Under the pieces are notes generated by a model. That model had not been told where the DNA came from. It searched no databases and worked only from the letters and a program-made list of their open reading frames with translations. A stretch of DNA of 64,000 nt. Source: the human T2T-CHM13v2.0 reference genome, Homo sapiens. Position numbers and translations under genes: made by a program. The DNA lies in NCBI RefSeq assembly GCF_009914755.1, contig NC_060944.1; one strand, given 5' to 3'. This document shows, in pieces, positions 1 through 17,115 of this stretch. Position 1 is the first letter of the stretch, and each line of letters begins with the position of its first letter.

Positions 1-92
1 TAAAAACCTGTGTGAATATATCCCCTTGGGATCCTCAGTTACTTCTAACAGTGTCAAGGGGTCCTGAGGCCAAAAAGTTTGAGAACCGCTGG
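1..92. mobile_element. End of an hAT-Charlie-type DNA transposon fragment
   Basis: Terminal motif AAAAGTTTGAGAACCGCTG typical of MER5/Charlie-type ends. Confidence 0.45.
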
Positions 93-454
93 TTTAGACT
101 TTCTCAAAAGACAGAAAAGTATTTACTTTCAACAGCTACTATTTCCACAGACCCACTAGCCCCTGAAGCTGGGAAACTAAGATTCAGAGCTGATTCCTTT
201 CCTACAGTGATGCGAAGAGAGGGGCTGGCAGACAGAGGGAAAAAAACAAACAAACCAAAAATGGAAACAACAAAGCTCAGACTTTCACCTCAGTAGATAT
301 CCTCGGCTCACATACTTATCAGGCAATGAACATGACAGGCTGGGAGGAGGGTAGGGTGTGTATTTCATTTTCCACACCCAGATAATAGCCATTTAAAAAT
401 AAGTGGCCACCACTGGTAATAAACAGCACTCGCCATTCCCACTTACAACTCACT

Positions 455-1050
455 CGGCTTATTCATTCCTTCAGTTAAGAGCTATTGAGGGCCTGCTATG
501 AGCAGGGAAGAAATGGAGTGTTATCCTCACCAACTAGCTTACAGCTAGGAAGAGACCTAAAGGCATAGAGAAAATGAACTCTAATAAAAGTTGAAGGTGA
601 AACGGCCTAACACAAAGGCAAAAATTCAGTTCTATAGGGATTCTGAAGCTTGATTTTTCTGTTTGGAGCAGTGAGCATCATAGCAAGTTACAATTTGAGC
701 CGAGACTCTGGAGAAATAGGCTGCAGAGATTAGACATAGTAGGGAAGGACTTGATGGTGAAGAATAGCATGAAAAAAGCAGAGAGGCAAGAACTGGGGAA
801 CAGGTTAGGAAACAGTCAGCTATAGCTAGTTTGGCTGGAATGCAGGGTGTGTGGAATTTACATATGGGAGATTGGGAAATAAAATTAGAGATGTACGTAA
901 GGATCAGATCACAGAGAAGTTTCACTGTCAGGCTAAGGTTGTGACTAGGAAACCATAAGAAGACTTTGAGCTATTACCTTACAAGAGCTGTGCCTTAGAA
1001 CAGTGAGCCTTGGTGTACAGTGTAGGATCAATTAAAGTAGGAGAAACTGG
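455..1050 (-). mobile_element. L2 LINE fragments
   Basis: attcattc...tattgagggcctgctatg signature of the reversed L2 3' end, followed by degenerate L2 body. Confidence 0.5.
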
Positions 1051-1109
1051 AAAAGTATAAAATAAAAGACAGGAAGAAGAACCAGGAAATAACATTTATC
1101 ATGGGATGC

Positions 1110-1780
1110 ATTATAACAGCAAACATTGGCAAGGGTATAGAACAACTATGACTTTTGTACACCGCTGCTTGGAGTATAAAGTTGAAAAGTCACTTCTCAG
1201 CATTTTGGCAATTTCCTGCAATGTTTAACTTGACCTTATGACCCAGCAATTTCACTAAGTGTTTGCCCAAAACACAAAAAAACCTAAGTCCACAGAGAAA
1301 CTTGTACAATAATATGTCCAGCAACTGTGTTCAAAATATCTAAAAACTGGAAATAACCCAAATGTCCATCAAAAAATATTAAATAAATTATAGAATATTC
1401 ATATAATAGAATATTTAACAATAAAAAGAATGAACTATGATACACCACAACATGGTTGAGTATCAAAAATGTGTTAAGTAAATAAAGAGTATGTGCTCTG
1501 TGATTTCACTTACCGTGTTTGAAATCTAAATTCAGAGAAAGTTAATCTTTTATAGAAATTATAGAAATCAAATAGTGGCTGCCTGGGGAGAGATGAGAAG
1601 GGAAGGGTGGGGAATGGACTGGAAGGAGCATGAGGGAACTCCCTGGAGGAATACAAATGCTTTGCATATTATTTGGGGTAGTAGTACACATATTATACAA
1701 TTGTCTGAAACTCACAATCTGAACATGTGATACCTGTGCGTCTTATTTTGTAATAGTTCTGTCTTAGTTAGAAAAAATTC
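1110..1780 (+). mobile_element. Old L1 (L1M/L1ME-type) 3' region
   Basis: gacccagcaatttcact, aactggaaataacccaaatgtccatc and atagtggctgcctgggg motifs of the mammalian L1 3' end. Confidence 0.7.
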
Positions 1781-2647
1781 TAGGTCACTGAAAATGTAGC
1801 ATTCACTCACCCTTCCTGAAAATAAAACTTACAACTAAAAACACTTATTTCTATTATCTGTGGAATCAATCAAAATTAATACAATGGCTGAAATCGTGGT
1901 TGGAAAAAAGCTTATTAGTGAGCAATAAAAAAAACTATAGGTGAAAATAAATGTGCTTAGATTTTTAAATCAATTTACTAATTTCTGTAAAAGACAATTA
2001 ATGTGATAACATTAATACTTAAATTGTGGCCAAAAATTCTGAAAACAGTGGTGAATTTAAAGAAAAGGACATTATTTTAGTCTTGCTGCAGACAAAGCCA
2101 ATATTACTCTCAAATACCATATTTTTATATTTAAAGTATTTATTGTAGACTCTAGTGAATGTCTTTTTGATTAAGCTCATGGTTCATAAAATTGGCTTTG
2201 AAAATAAAACTGATGTGTTTGCACTTATTTCTCACACTGCAAAGTAATATAGTGCTCACTGAAACGTGTCTTTCTATCTATTGAGTAGATAAAGCTCAGG
2301 TTTAAAAAAAGGTAGCATATAGCTTTATGCAATTAGCTTAGGAAGCAAAATTAAATTACAATTCATCATCTCTCACTCAGGTAAGCTCTATGTATATACT
2401 TAAGGTTACCTGTTTGGAAGTCAGGATTGTATGTTATGTTTAAAAACAAGATAGAGATCTGTGGAGTTTGTCATTCTAGTCACTTGCTTGGGAAGTAAAC
2501 ATGAGTTAAAAGTAGTTGGAGGTCCAAGAGGGAAAATATATCCTTGCACTGTGTGTAACTCATGTACCTCTCTCTAGAGGGAAAGCTAAGCTGCTACCTC
2601 TGGAGGGTGTTTTCCAGCGATAAGCAAATACGCAGTGATAAGATCTA

Positions 2648-2691
2648 TGTAGAAATGGGATATTGTGTAGAAATGGGATATTGTGTAGAAA
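2648..2691 (+). repeat. 18-bp tandem duplication (TGTAGAAATGGGATATTG x2.4)
   Basis: Two exact units (2648-2665, 2666-2683) plus a partial third. Confidence 0.9.
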
Positions 2692-3221
2692 GTTGATTGA
2701 GTGGAGAGGGTCATGCAGTGTAATCTCCTGAAATACACTATAATTATTTGGATCTTTCCAGGTTCCCACTTTGGCCACTTAATTCTCTGAACCTCTACTA
2801 CATGAAGAGACTAGAACTTGATTAGAAAAAAATGGAATGACTCTTAATGAGCAAGTGGATGAATAAATTGTGGTAAATCCCTACAAGTGACTATTAGAAA
2901 GCGAATGAGTAGAGTTAATTAATTCCATATTGACATTGTGCACTGTTTATGATACATTATGTAAGAAAAAAAAGCAAGATTCAGTATAATGTTCATTATA
3001 ATAATATATTTTGGCAAAAACAAACCACAAGGACAAAAATTCCAATACAGATCTAAAAACAGTCCAACAAACAAATGTCATACTAGAAGAACAAATAATA
3101 TTGTTTGGATTTAAGAGGAAAAATTTGACAGATCTGTTTATAATGCACACAGCAACTGCTATAAGGAAACAGCTCAGGAATGCATAGACTATGAAAGAAA
3201 AACCAGGAAAGATGAGTTAGC

Positions 3222-3447
3222 ATGGATAGATGGATGCATGGATGGATGCATGGATGGATGCATGGATGGATGGATGGATGGATGGATGGATACATGGATG
3301 GATGCATGGATGGATGGATGGAAACATGAATGGATGGATGGATGGACGGACGGATACATGAATGAATGGATGGATGAATGGGTGGATGGATGGATGGATG
3401 GGTGGATGGATGGATGGATGGATGGATGGATGGATGGATGGATGGAT
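3222..3447 (+). repeat. (TGGA)n tetranucleotide microsatellite, imperfect
   Basis: About 225 bp of GGAT/TGGA units with interruptions. Confidence 0.97.
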
Positions 3448-3976
3448 AGACGTAAATGAGGAAAAAATAAAGGGAAGAAGGAAAATTATTTTTCTTCAAC
3501 AATCCAAAGACACTGTTCCTTTATTTTCACAGTATCTTATGCTTTTAATAATAATTCTATTGCTGAAATAACTTTTTTTCCTCTTCATCCTTAGTGTTCT
3601 CATATTTCATAATCAGGATCTAGATATGAGTCTTTTCTATTTAAAAAAACTTTTCTTTCAGCTCTGAAAAATATTTTTATATTGCTTCTTAGATAATTTA
3701 GAACCCTCAACTCCCCGTGTTCTTTCTTTCTGGCATAACTACTTGCTCGCTGTTGTACCTTCTTGATATATCCTTTATGTCTCTTATTATTTCTTTACAA
3801 CTTTCTGTCTTGTTTTCTTGTTGTTCTACATTTTAAGAATTTCTTCACTTTTTGTCTCTTTTACTTAAAATGATTCTTTCATACACTTTATTCCATTTTA
3901 TAGCATCCTGTTCTTGCCTTATGGATACAATAGCTCTGTAAATTGGTATTTCCACGTTCTCTTCTGTGCCCTGAAT

Positions 3977-4081
<105 letters not shown>

Positions 4082-4171
4082 TTATATTATCCTAAAACAG
4101 GAGACTAGGAGTTGGAACTGTAGTTAGAAAATGAGAGATGTCCACAGATTTCTGGAAAATAGGTAACATTA

Positions 4172-4248
4172 TTAGGTTGGTGCAAAAGTAATTGCAGTTT
4201 TTGCATTACTTTATTACAAAAATCACAGTTACTTTTGCACCAACCTAA
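4172..4248. mobile_element. MADE1 (Hsmar1-derived MITE)
   Basis: TTAGGTTGGTGCAAAAGTAA ... TTACTTTTGCACCAACCTAA terminal inverted repeats, ~77 bp, flanked by a TA target duplication (4170-4171, 4249-4250). Confidence 0.95.
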
Positions 4249-5384
4249 TAAAAAGTGGTGACGACCAAGGAATAGGTGAGGAAAAAGGAAGAAAAGTTCC
4301 ATCTTAGAATGGATGCTGAGGAATGTATGTGGCAGAAGAAGCCTACTGACCTGGTGAAAATGGGTTGCAGTTCCAATACCGAGATGACTCCAGGTAATTC
4401 AGAACTTTCACTATTGTTTATGAGATCAAATATACAAGGGTATGTAATACATATAGTTTAAAGAATTGAGCGTGTTTCCATCACTCAGTTTTAAAATTAC
4501 CCATATTTTAGAACCTTCCTTGTGTCTCTTTCAGATTACATCCCTCTCTCATTCCTGATGTTGATTTGTGTGTGAATCATTTTTCTCTTTCAGTTTTTAA
4601 AGGTTTTTCTATCTATGTATCTGTAAATACATATATCAGATATGATTTTTATATAATTTTATATGATATATGTTATGTGTGCATATAACTTAGTTTTGCT
4701 TGGTTTTGAACTTATATAAATAGAATTATGCTATAAGTATTCTTCTAAGACTTGCTTCTGCATTCAACATTGTGTTTTTGAGGTTCATCCATGTTGAGGC
4801 ATTTAGCTGTTATGTATTTATTCATTTTTCACTGCTGAATTTTATTTCATTATGTGACTATATTACTATTTATTGATTCAGTTTACTTTAATCAAAATTA
4901 CGTGGTTCTCAACTTGGGGCTAGTCTGAATCATGATGTTATGAACATTCTTATGCACATATTCTATTACATGAGTACTGTACACAATTCTCTCTTGAAAT
5001 AGATTCTTGTATTACAGAAATGCATAGGTTCTGTACCATACTAGATGCTAAACTGGTTTCCAAAGTTCTTGTGCTGTTTATTACATCCCAACCAACAGTG
5101 GATGGAAGTTTTAGTTCCCCTACATCTTAATCATTTTCAAACATTTAAAATCTTACCAAAATGGTAGTATACAATGGTGATCCATTTTGGTTTTAATTTT
5201 AATTCTTATTACTACAAATACATTTTAGGATTATTTTGAGCCACCTGTATTTTTTTTGGCTGTGAAAATTTTTGTTTATGCCACCTGACCATTTCTCCCC
5301 AAGATTTCGAGTTTTTTCTTAAACTGCCTATAAAAGAGGCTATCAGTTTGCTCATGATCTTTGATACTCACTAACAGTCATATT

Positions 5385-5755
5385 TGTTATTTATGAAATT
5401 TCCATATGGTCCTCCACATTTCTCAGTTCCCTTAGAGTTATATGGAATCACATGGCTAATTTATGAGGAAAGGCCTATTACAAGTCACTTCTAAGCCAAA
5501 GAATTTACAAGCTGGCACATGACCCTCTCATTCTTGCTATCCGTGCCACAGTGACAAAACAAGCCACAGGGTTCTCAAAAGTACAACTACAAGGCCAGGA
5601 CGGCTCTGTTTGCCTGGATCCCTGAGTGATTCTGAGGAGCAGAGCACATACCCACACCCACTCACTCCAGACAACTCACACTGGATTTGTACTCTGAGAA
5701 ATGTGAGGAGTAATTTGTTACTACTGCATAGTCTAGTCTAACACTGACTATACTT
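5385..5755 (+). mobile_element. MLT1-type MaLR LTR
   Basis: catttctcagttcccttagagtta, gcctggatccctgagtga and atttgttactactgcatagtctagtcta resemble old MLT1 LTRs. Confidence 0.55.
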
Positions 5756-6969
5756 GCTCTTCTATGAATCAAATTTCCAGGCAGGCAGAAGTTTGTTCTG
5801 AGCTCTGTATTATATTTCACAGGACCATTTGTCTATTCCAGCATGAACAGCATGCTATCTCAATTATTATAATAATAATATTTTTCAATTTCAGTAGAAA
5901 AAAAGTCTCTATAACTTGTTCTGTCTTCAGGGGTGTTTCGTCTATTTTTGCCTTTTTATTCTTTTAGATAATTTTAGAATCTTCTTTTCAAGCTTCATGC
6001 CTAAAAATCCCTACTGAGATTTTGCTTGCAATTGCATTAAATATACAGATCAATTTGGTGAGAATTTACATCTTTGGTATACTGAATCCTTCATTTAGGT
6101 ATGTTGTATATTCTGCACTTTATTTAGATTTTTAAAAAATGTTTTTCAATATATTTTATTTTTCCATAAAGCATTTATACAACTTTTAGTATATCAATCC
6201 CTAAGTAATTTATATTTTTATGTTTCTTTTCCTAAATGGCATATGTTAAAATTGCTTCATACAATTAATCACTATCGGTTTATGACTATTCAATTAATTT
6301 TATATTTTGATTTGTATCCAGCTACCTTATTAATTCTATTATTATTTCTAATATTTAACTAAACTTTCTTTTAGGTGTATAATATAGACAATTGTATCAT
6401 CTATGAATAATGAAGATTTTATTTTCGCCTTTCAGATATTCATCTTACCTGCTGATCCTTCAAAGATCTCTAGTATCATCATGAAAAGAAATTACTATAG
6501 CAGGCATTTTTTCTTGCTATTAATCTTACAAGAAATTCTTTCAATCTACCACCATTGCTAGTTTGCCGAGAGGTTGTTTTGTGTTTTGTTTTCATTAATG
6601 AATGGTAAATTTTGTCAGATGATTTTTCTGCATCTATTGAGATGATCAGATATTTTTCTCCTTTAATTTGCTAATGAAATAAATCACATTGATAAGTTAT
6701 CTAATATCAGACTGAGATAAGCAAACCTGGCAATGATAAATATTATAATTTTTATATTTTGCTGGATTTGGTTCATTAATATCTAGTTGAGGGTATTCCT
6801 AACTGTGCTAGTAAGTAAAATTACCCTGTAATATTCATGGTTTTGTCAGAATTTGGTATCAAGGTAACTTCGTTTCATCCATGAGTAGGATAGCATTTCT
6901 GTTTTTAATATACTCTGGTATAGATTGTATAATACCTGAACTATTTTTCCTAAGAATGTCTAGTAGACC

Positions 6970-7021
6970 TCACTGAAAATGTGGGGTTAGTGCTTTCACT
7001 GAAAATTTGGGGCTAGTGCTT
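6970..7021 (+). repeat. 26-bp tandem duplication inside L1
   Basis: TCACTGAAAATGTGGGGTTAGTGCTT / TCACTGAAAATTTGGGGCTAGTGCTT, 2 mismatches. Confidence 0.85.
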
Positions 7022-7981
7022 TCTGTGTGGGGAGTTTTTTAGCTTCAAATGTAAATCTTTTGAAGTTTCTAGCTATATCCAGGTTTTCCTTTGACAGTGG
7101 GTCCAGTTTGGATTACTTGCATTTCCTTGGAAATTACCAATTTCAGCTAAGTTTTCAAATTAATTGGCATATATTATTCTATATTCTATATCAGGCCATT
7201 TTTCTTCTATCTGCTGGTTTTCATCAGTGATATCACCTTTCCTTGTGCATTGTGAATTTTTGAACTGTGAGCTACTAATTTTTATTTGAAATTTAATCTC
7301 TGGGAATTTTTTAATGTCAGTTTGAATTCGAGGTTTTACAAAAGGATATACATTTTCATCTGCCAGGTGCCTAAGGGTATTACCAAATTGCTACCACTTA
7401 CATTAGAAGATCTGAGTGACATTTTCTAGACTGCACAGGCAGTGTTAAAATGAACTAAAACCCACTTCAGAGCTGGTTTATGATTACATATTTTTAGAAG
7501 AGACTTCTTCATTCAACACTAAGGTTAAAAACCACAAGCTTTATTGATGTTCCTTTCTGCACAGAGAGATTTTCTTTCCTAGTTCACCTTACCTCCAGGG
7601 GCATAGCCCTTAAGGATCCAAGCATTGCGCAATCTCCTAAGAGACTTTCACTTTGAGTGGGCCCTAAAATTTACCTCCCATACCCTGTATCCAGAGAGCT
7701 AATCAAAAGCTCAAGTTCCCCCACGCTTCTTAGAATCCCTTAAGGAAGCTCCAGCTGCAGTGTTTACCTGAATTATAAGATTCTGCTTTCACTTCTATGT
7801 GGAGGCTGCAGCTTGCAGATTCTTTTTTTCCTAATGCCAGCTCAATGAAGCACTTACATAATTTTTTTAAAAAAAAATTCCATCCAACATTTTCATTGCT
7901 TCAGTTAGAAGAGTTATTTAGTGTATCTAATCTAATCTGGTAAATTGCCCAACCCACTTCTTTCATCCTTATTGAATAAAT

Positions 7982-8320
7982 CAGTGCTGCCAAACAGAAC
8001 TTTCTGTGATGATAACTGACCAATTCAGAAGCCACCAGCCACATGTGGTAATTGAGCAATTCTTTTATATGACTTTTTCCCTGGCTATGGCATTCTGAAT
8101 TGTGTAGCCAAGCATCTCCTCTACTCTTCTATATGGAATTCTAAGTTTTACCTCATAGGAACATTATGTGTCAGCACCGTCAATGGGTGAATGAAGGTCT
8201 ATTTCTGCACAGTTATAGAATGTAGCCACTAGCCACAAGTGGCTATTTAAATAAATTAAAATTAAGTGAAAATAAAAGTGCACTTTTAAAATCACGAGTC
8301 ACATTTCAATTGCTCATTTT
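7982..8320. mobile_element. MER3/MER33-type hAT-Charlie fragments
   Basis: cagtgctgcc...agaactttctgtgatgat, agccacatgtgg and tagccactagccacaagtggctatttaaa motifs. Confidence 0.6.
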
Positions 8321-8809
8321 CTTTTTTGTAAGAGAAGAATTTCTGGATGTGTGGCATCTACCTGGACACATCACAACAAAGGATTTAGCATAGGTTGTGG
8401 GATTGCATAAGCCAAAAACAGAAACAGAGCATAGGAAATGGCAGGAGGCACTCCCCAAATGGCTTCATTAGAATGAATCTTATCTCTGCAGCCCTGGCCT
8501 TACCTACCAGCCCTAATGAGCCTGCTCTGACTCATACTGGCTTCCTTTCATGCCCAGACCCTTTCATGCCCGGACCCATAAACACTTATACCTGAGCTCT
8601 CATCATGGAGTCTCTCCTTGTTATCTCTGGCATCTAATCTCTCCTTGGAACCTCAGGGAATCAGCCATTCAGCAGTAGGCCCATTCATAGAGGGTCTCCT
8701 CCCAAAGCTGCTGCAACCGAACACACAAAATGTCTATTTCCTTAAGGAACATGGATGAGTGTTTAAACTGTATCTCTTTGTAGAGTTACATTCTGCATAG
8801 GATAGGCAC

Positions 8810-8960
8810 AGTTGTATGAAAAGAGCCCTGGACTTAGGGTCAGGAGAAACCATTTCTAACCCCAGCTCTGCCATTAGCCAGTTGCTTGTCCAAGTCCCAT
8901 GGCTGTCCTGGGTACAGTTTCTCCAACTGCAAAAGAAGAGTGTTCAACTCCATCAAAATA
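8810..8960 (+). mobile_element. MIR SINE
   Basis: agagccctggacttagggtcagg...cccagctctgcca...cagtttctcca core. Confidence 0.6.
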
Positions 8961-10034
8961 GAAATCCCTTTCCTGGAGTCTAAATGGGAAGATTGAGTTA
9001 CTCAAAGCTCACATATATAAACAGGTAGGAGATTGGACATGTTAAGATTTTCTGTTTCTATGCTGCTGGGTCCTTGTAACGGGTCAATCTCATTAGAAGG
9101 AAAACCAACCTCAAACTGGTAACTGGGGACTTGATGATGAAAGTGGTATAAATGGGGACTTTGGGGACACAGTCTGGGGTCCATATTACACGATTATTCA
9201 CAGTGCACCATAGGACCTTCCTCATTGACATGGAGAGAAAGGCAGCATTAACCTGGCAGGCCTGGTGGGGATTCCATGGGCCCAGGGCTCCTTCTCTTTT
9301 TGTTCCATCTGGAGCTTTTCAACCTGGCCATGGGGGGTGGTAGTTTTGAGCCCCCCAGTGTCACTATAGGACATTTCTTCCATAGCAATCATTATTATTC
9401 CTATTTCTCTTAGTTCCTCTACACTCCATCCTGAATGACCAGTTTTCTAGTTTAGGGAAAATTAAACACTTATTGTTTCCAAGAGTATTTCTGGGTCATT
9501 TCCTGGGATTTTTGTCCTCTCTTTAAGGATAATATTTTGTTTCCCATTAACATGCATGTCACTTCTATAAATGGAAACTTCTTCCACTTATTGACTGTCT
9601 GAAAAATTGGAAACCATAGGATAAACTTATTTTCAAATAACATGTCAGTAATATTTTCAAACAGTAGGCACTAAATTTAAAATTGTGTATTTGTTAGTTG
9701 GAAAAAAGTACAATAAACACACCATAGGGTACCCAAAAGTCTAGAAACATAGGTGAAATCATATACATACTATACATTATACAGATGGGGAAATTGAGTT
9801 TCAGGGTGGCTAAAAGCTCAGGGTTGGTAGGTAACAGATCAGATCCAGAATTCAAGCCCATATTGGTTTGCCTCCAAAGCTATGTAGCTCGTCCCACATT
9901 AGGTGTAAATATCTCAAATCAGAAACAGCCCCCTAACACGTGTATATAAGTTTTCTCATTGGGAGCTTATAAATAACAGTCCAACATACCAACCAATCAC
10001 CTTGAGAGTGATTGAATGAAATTGAGATGCTTTC

Positions 10035-10275
10035 TTTAAATATATTTTACTGTATATATTTGAGGCTTACAAGATGATGTTATGGGATACATATAGATAA
10101 TATGGTTACTTATTGAAGCAGACTAACCTATCTATCATCTCATAGTTATTTTTGTATGTGTGACAAGAGCAGCTAAAATCTACTTATTTAACAAGAATGC
10201 CTAATACAATACAATTTTATTAAGTTTAGTTCTCAGGTAGTATATGAGATCGCTAATTTGCTTGTCCTACATAGA
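10035..10275 (-). mobile_element. L1MA-type 3' end
   Basis: tatatttgaggcttacaagatgatgttatgggatac...gagcagctaaaatctac is typical of an antisense L1MA 3' terminus. Confidence 0.65.
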
Positions 10276-10303
10276 TGCTTTCAATGTACAATGGGAGAAT
10301 TAA

Positions 10304-10810
<507 letters not shown>

Positions 10811-12728
10811 TAACTTGTCTTCATTCTATGACCTTACATGTATGTGTAATGTCCTCTATCAGAGGAAGAAATCTAGTCACAGGGTGCAGTCATGTCTAAC
10901 TCGTTTATCCAATTTGTGGCACAGTCCCCTCAGCAGCTATGATGACATAGCCTTAAGGAATCATCAAATGTTTGAGCTGAACAAGACCTTATCATAGGCT
11001 ATTCCAACCTCCCCACTTCACAGATTAGTAGATTGAGGCCCATTTATTCACTTGGCACTCACCTACCGTGTGCCTTCAATGGGTGAGAAAAAGATGAATT
11101 ACCTCAAGACATCAAATGACACCCCATGCCAGAGTTGGAATAATCATATCAATAGTTGAGACAATGGTGATGAGAATGCTTAGGATTTAAATATAATAGC
11201 ACACATTCGACATGAGTTATGAAGGTATTGAAGGCAAGAGGTTTTGTGAATACAAACTCAGTGAGTACAAGGGAAGGAAGCCTGGGGAATGTCTTTAAAC
11301 ATGAAGATCTGAGGACTTCAGAGAAATATTTCAAAGCTTATATAGCAATGCCGCTTAAGTTGGAGAAACATGACTTGATGGAATAGTTGAGCATTTAACA
11401 AAGTATTATCAAGATAAAGGCAAGCTGTGGGGCGGCCTGGTGCCCAAAAGGTACAAGGTGGAGCACATGAGGCTCTCCAGCCTTCAGACATCAAAAAGAC
11501 ATTTCTGCCCTGGGTGGAACCAGTTTCTCCAGACTCATATCTTTCTCTCCTCCATTCTGCTCTGCAGGTGAAATCTAAGGGCACTCTTACCTAAACAGAT
11601 ACTGAATTACAAATGAAATCAATTGTCCTTGGCAAATCAAGGAGGTTAAGGGGAAAGATAAACTCTGTTCTACATCACCTCCCTGACAAGGCAGCAAGCC
11701 CGCGGATAAGAGCAATGGAGCACTGACGAGTGTAATGAAAATTCACAAGTTTGTTCTAGAAATGACTGGAGGAGACACCACAGGCCCCGTGCTCCCAAGA
11801 CATCACCAATTCTTCTAAGGGATGCTTGGCCTCTGGGCACGTCTAATTACCCTTCAAGCATAATGTGGTTATAAAGAGCCTAAGCTGCTGTTGTATATGC
11901 CTCCCAAGTCTCCCCCCATCACCTCTGGAGGTGGGGACTTAACCAGAGAACTCTCCCTTTGGAGTATTTATGGCCTCAAGGAGGCTGGCTTTAAAACTGA
12001 AATGTTTCTGACACCTGAGCATCTAGTACACGGAGATGGGTCCTCTTTGTGTCTAAACTGTATTTGTTCTAAGGACTCAAGTGTATCCACACAGGTTTGG
12101 AGGGCATGTGAGGTGGGACCACTAAGACAGATTTGATGGAGATCTGGAAGTCTAAGCCACAACATTGATTCAAGGATACTGGAGCAGTGTCACAGGTAGG
12201 GGAGTACCTTCCTTGAAGTAGCCCCTGAGTATGTTTGAGATGAAAGGGTGGATAGAGACTCTCATAGAAGAGCAAATGAAAAGGTAAAATTGCATTATTA
12301 CACTCTCCAGGACACTTGGAGAGAACAATTAGCCAACAGCATTGGGGTCAGTAGAACCAGGAACTGGCACTCTCAGCACAAATGTCAGCAGCCTCCATAT
12401 TACAGATCAGCTGATTTCGTGAGGACATTGGCAGGCTCCAGGCCCAAGGCAGTAGTGGCCATGCCCTAGGATAGTTAGGGATTGATTAGCACAAGGAGTC
12501 AAAGCAGAGCGATGCCTTTTTCCCTTCTTCACTGGGAAAGAAATGTAGAGTGTGTGTCCTCTTGTGTCCCCTTCGCTAAGACAATAGGATTTACTTGCAG
12601 AATGTATGTAAGAAACCTGCAGAGACATCCCAAAAAGATTCAGTAGGAATTTGAGAGAGGTTGTCCTTCTTGCAGAGCATTTGGTGCTGGTGCAACCTCT
12701 AAAATCCAGGTCAAGTTAAAAACAAAAA

Positions 12729-13082
<354 letters not shown>

Positions 13083-13749
13083 CTACTTGGTATATTATAA
13101 AATATGGTTTCCACCTTTCTAGCATTCTTGTGGGTCCTTCGGCATCTTCTTTGTGTACTGCCATGAGCATTTCCTCACAAAATAGCACCAGTCAAGATAA
13201 GAACAATAACTTCTTTGAAAGGAGCAATGTTAGTGGATTCCGAAAATAACATACAGCAATTTCTACTGCACTGAGCCAATTGCCAAGAAGAGGTTCTAGA
13301 AGACATAATTTATTCTATCTGTGGCTGTCAAAACACATCTGCTGCCCTTTACACATTTTGCTTAAAAGATCACCTCCATGAATACTGAATCCATTACATA
13401 CTGATGAGGGTTGGCCTTTATATGACTATAAATATATGTATGTTTGGGTGAATATATGCCACATTTGTATTCTTGTTTATTTTGTTCTACAGTGAGTGTA
13501 TTTATTCAGGCAGTTTCCAACACAAACAACTGATATACATATGAATAAGACACAGGGGAGTTTAGGTGTAGAATGCCACACCTTCTTGCTCCAATTCAGG
13601 ACACCGATGGAGTTACCAAAGTAGGGAGGCTCTAAGCCTTACCTAGAGAGAATTAACAACTGATTAGTGTTCATTAGTATCATTCTCACCCATATGCTGT
13701 TGAGTAGGAGAGATTGCCTCTTATACTTTCAGATAAAACTGTGTGTGTG

Positions 13750-13890
13750 CTGCTTTTGTTCACTAGATGAGATCCTGGGCAAGTAGCTTCACCTCTCTGG
13801 GCTCAGTTTTCTGATTCATAAAATAAGAATAACAATATCTGCTTTTTTCTCCCTCATAGGATGATTGTAATATATCATTACATAAAGTGG
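13750..13890 (+). mobile_element. MIR SINE
   Basis: tgggcaagtagcttcacctctctgggctcagttttctgattcataaaat core. Confidence 0.7.
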
Positions 13891-15227
13891 AAAATTACAA
13901 TGCAAAAATATTTCTTTTTTATTACAATTACCCTTTTTTTAACAAAAAAGTATCAATTGAAAACTAAATGGAACCCTTAAGAAGAGTCCCTCTCAAAAAC
14001 TAAATTATTGTAATGCTGAATTCCAAAGTAATTTATTAACAGTCTTTAGGATCAAAGCTGTCTCAATAGCTACAGGCAGTCTGCGTGGGATATTTTGTGT
14101 CCTCAGGATGAGGAGCTTTGCTTTTGGGAATCTATCCCATGTTAGTAACAGAAGCAGGGCTGTTGGAGGTACAGTGTTCCCTGAGACCCAAGGCAGAGAC
14201 TCTCTTTTTCTGTAATCTGGGCTTTTCATAATTCAGGGTGATACACACCATAATTTATTGTTCTATAGTTTGGAGGATAAAGAAGTGAAAATCACATGTC
14301 AGAGCTTTCTCATCTGAAAAGTAAACACTGAAAAAGAAGTGCAAGTGGAAAAAAATATTAACTAACTCATACACTTAATTTGTTTAGAGTGCAGATTTCA
14401 TGTTCTATGTTTTTTACTAGAATTTAAAATGAAGTTAACCAAGTTTGTTCCCACAGGCACTGGTTTCACCAGCACATCAAAGATGCCCCTTGGCCCCTTA
14501 GCTGATTGCAAGAGGTCCTTCATCACGTGAGCTTTTGGCAACAGAAAAATAAAAATTTTAGGACGTTTACCTGTTATAGACCCCAGGGGCCAGACATCTA
14601 ATTTCTATTCCTCTAAGTGTCTCCTCTGTTCTCTTTGTGGCTCTGGAAACCAAGAACTCTTATCTGTCACCATGAAGCAGGTGGTTGCTGGGGATGAGGC
14701 TGATGGGAGCCCCACCCCTTCCATGAAGCAAATTGAGCCCATGTGAACAGGGTTAAGGATGGGGAATGCCAGCAGTCACATCTGGGTACTAGTTCCTGCC
14801 CCACCCCATCCGAAGTAAACAGAGGAAGGGGTGGCAGCATTTTACTAACTGAAAGTGAGGCTCAAGTATTTGTAAATGTCAGAAATCTAAAGATTAACAC
14901 TTAGGAAAATGTTATACTTGCCAAAAAAAAACTAAGGATGCTATACAATTTTACTTCTTAAAAAATCAACCAAAAATAGTTCTCATATGCACCAAAAATA
15001 AGCATTCAATAAAAATATTCTTCATGGGTTTTATGTTATTTTACTAGTGTTTGGATTGTTCATGAAGCTACGCAGGTGGAATCATATGTAGACTCTTACA
15101 TGCATGCCATTTGGTATTAGATGAAAAATTCACATTAGTAATAATTCTATACTTAGAAATTCATGTCACATAATTTTTTTGTCCAATACCCAAGTATAAG
15201 TGCTTTGGAAAAATCAATGACTTTTAA

Positions 15228-17115
<1,888 letters not shown>

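Larger units (their letters stand above)
4450..7300 (-). mobile_element. Old L1 (L1M-type), fragmented, interrupted by a MaLR LTR
   Basis: T-rich antisense L1 motifs (ttgaggttcatccatgttg, cattaaatatacagatcaatttgg, tttttctgcatctattgagatgatc). Confidence 0.7.

Noticed and set aside
3083-3571. ORFs with HPSI and MDGW repeats
   Set aside because: Translation artefacts of the (TGGA)n microsatellite.
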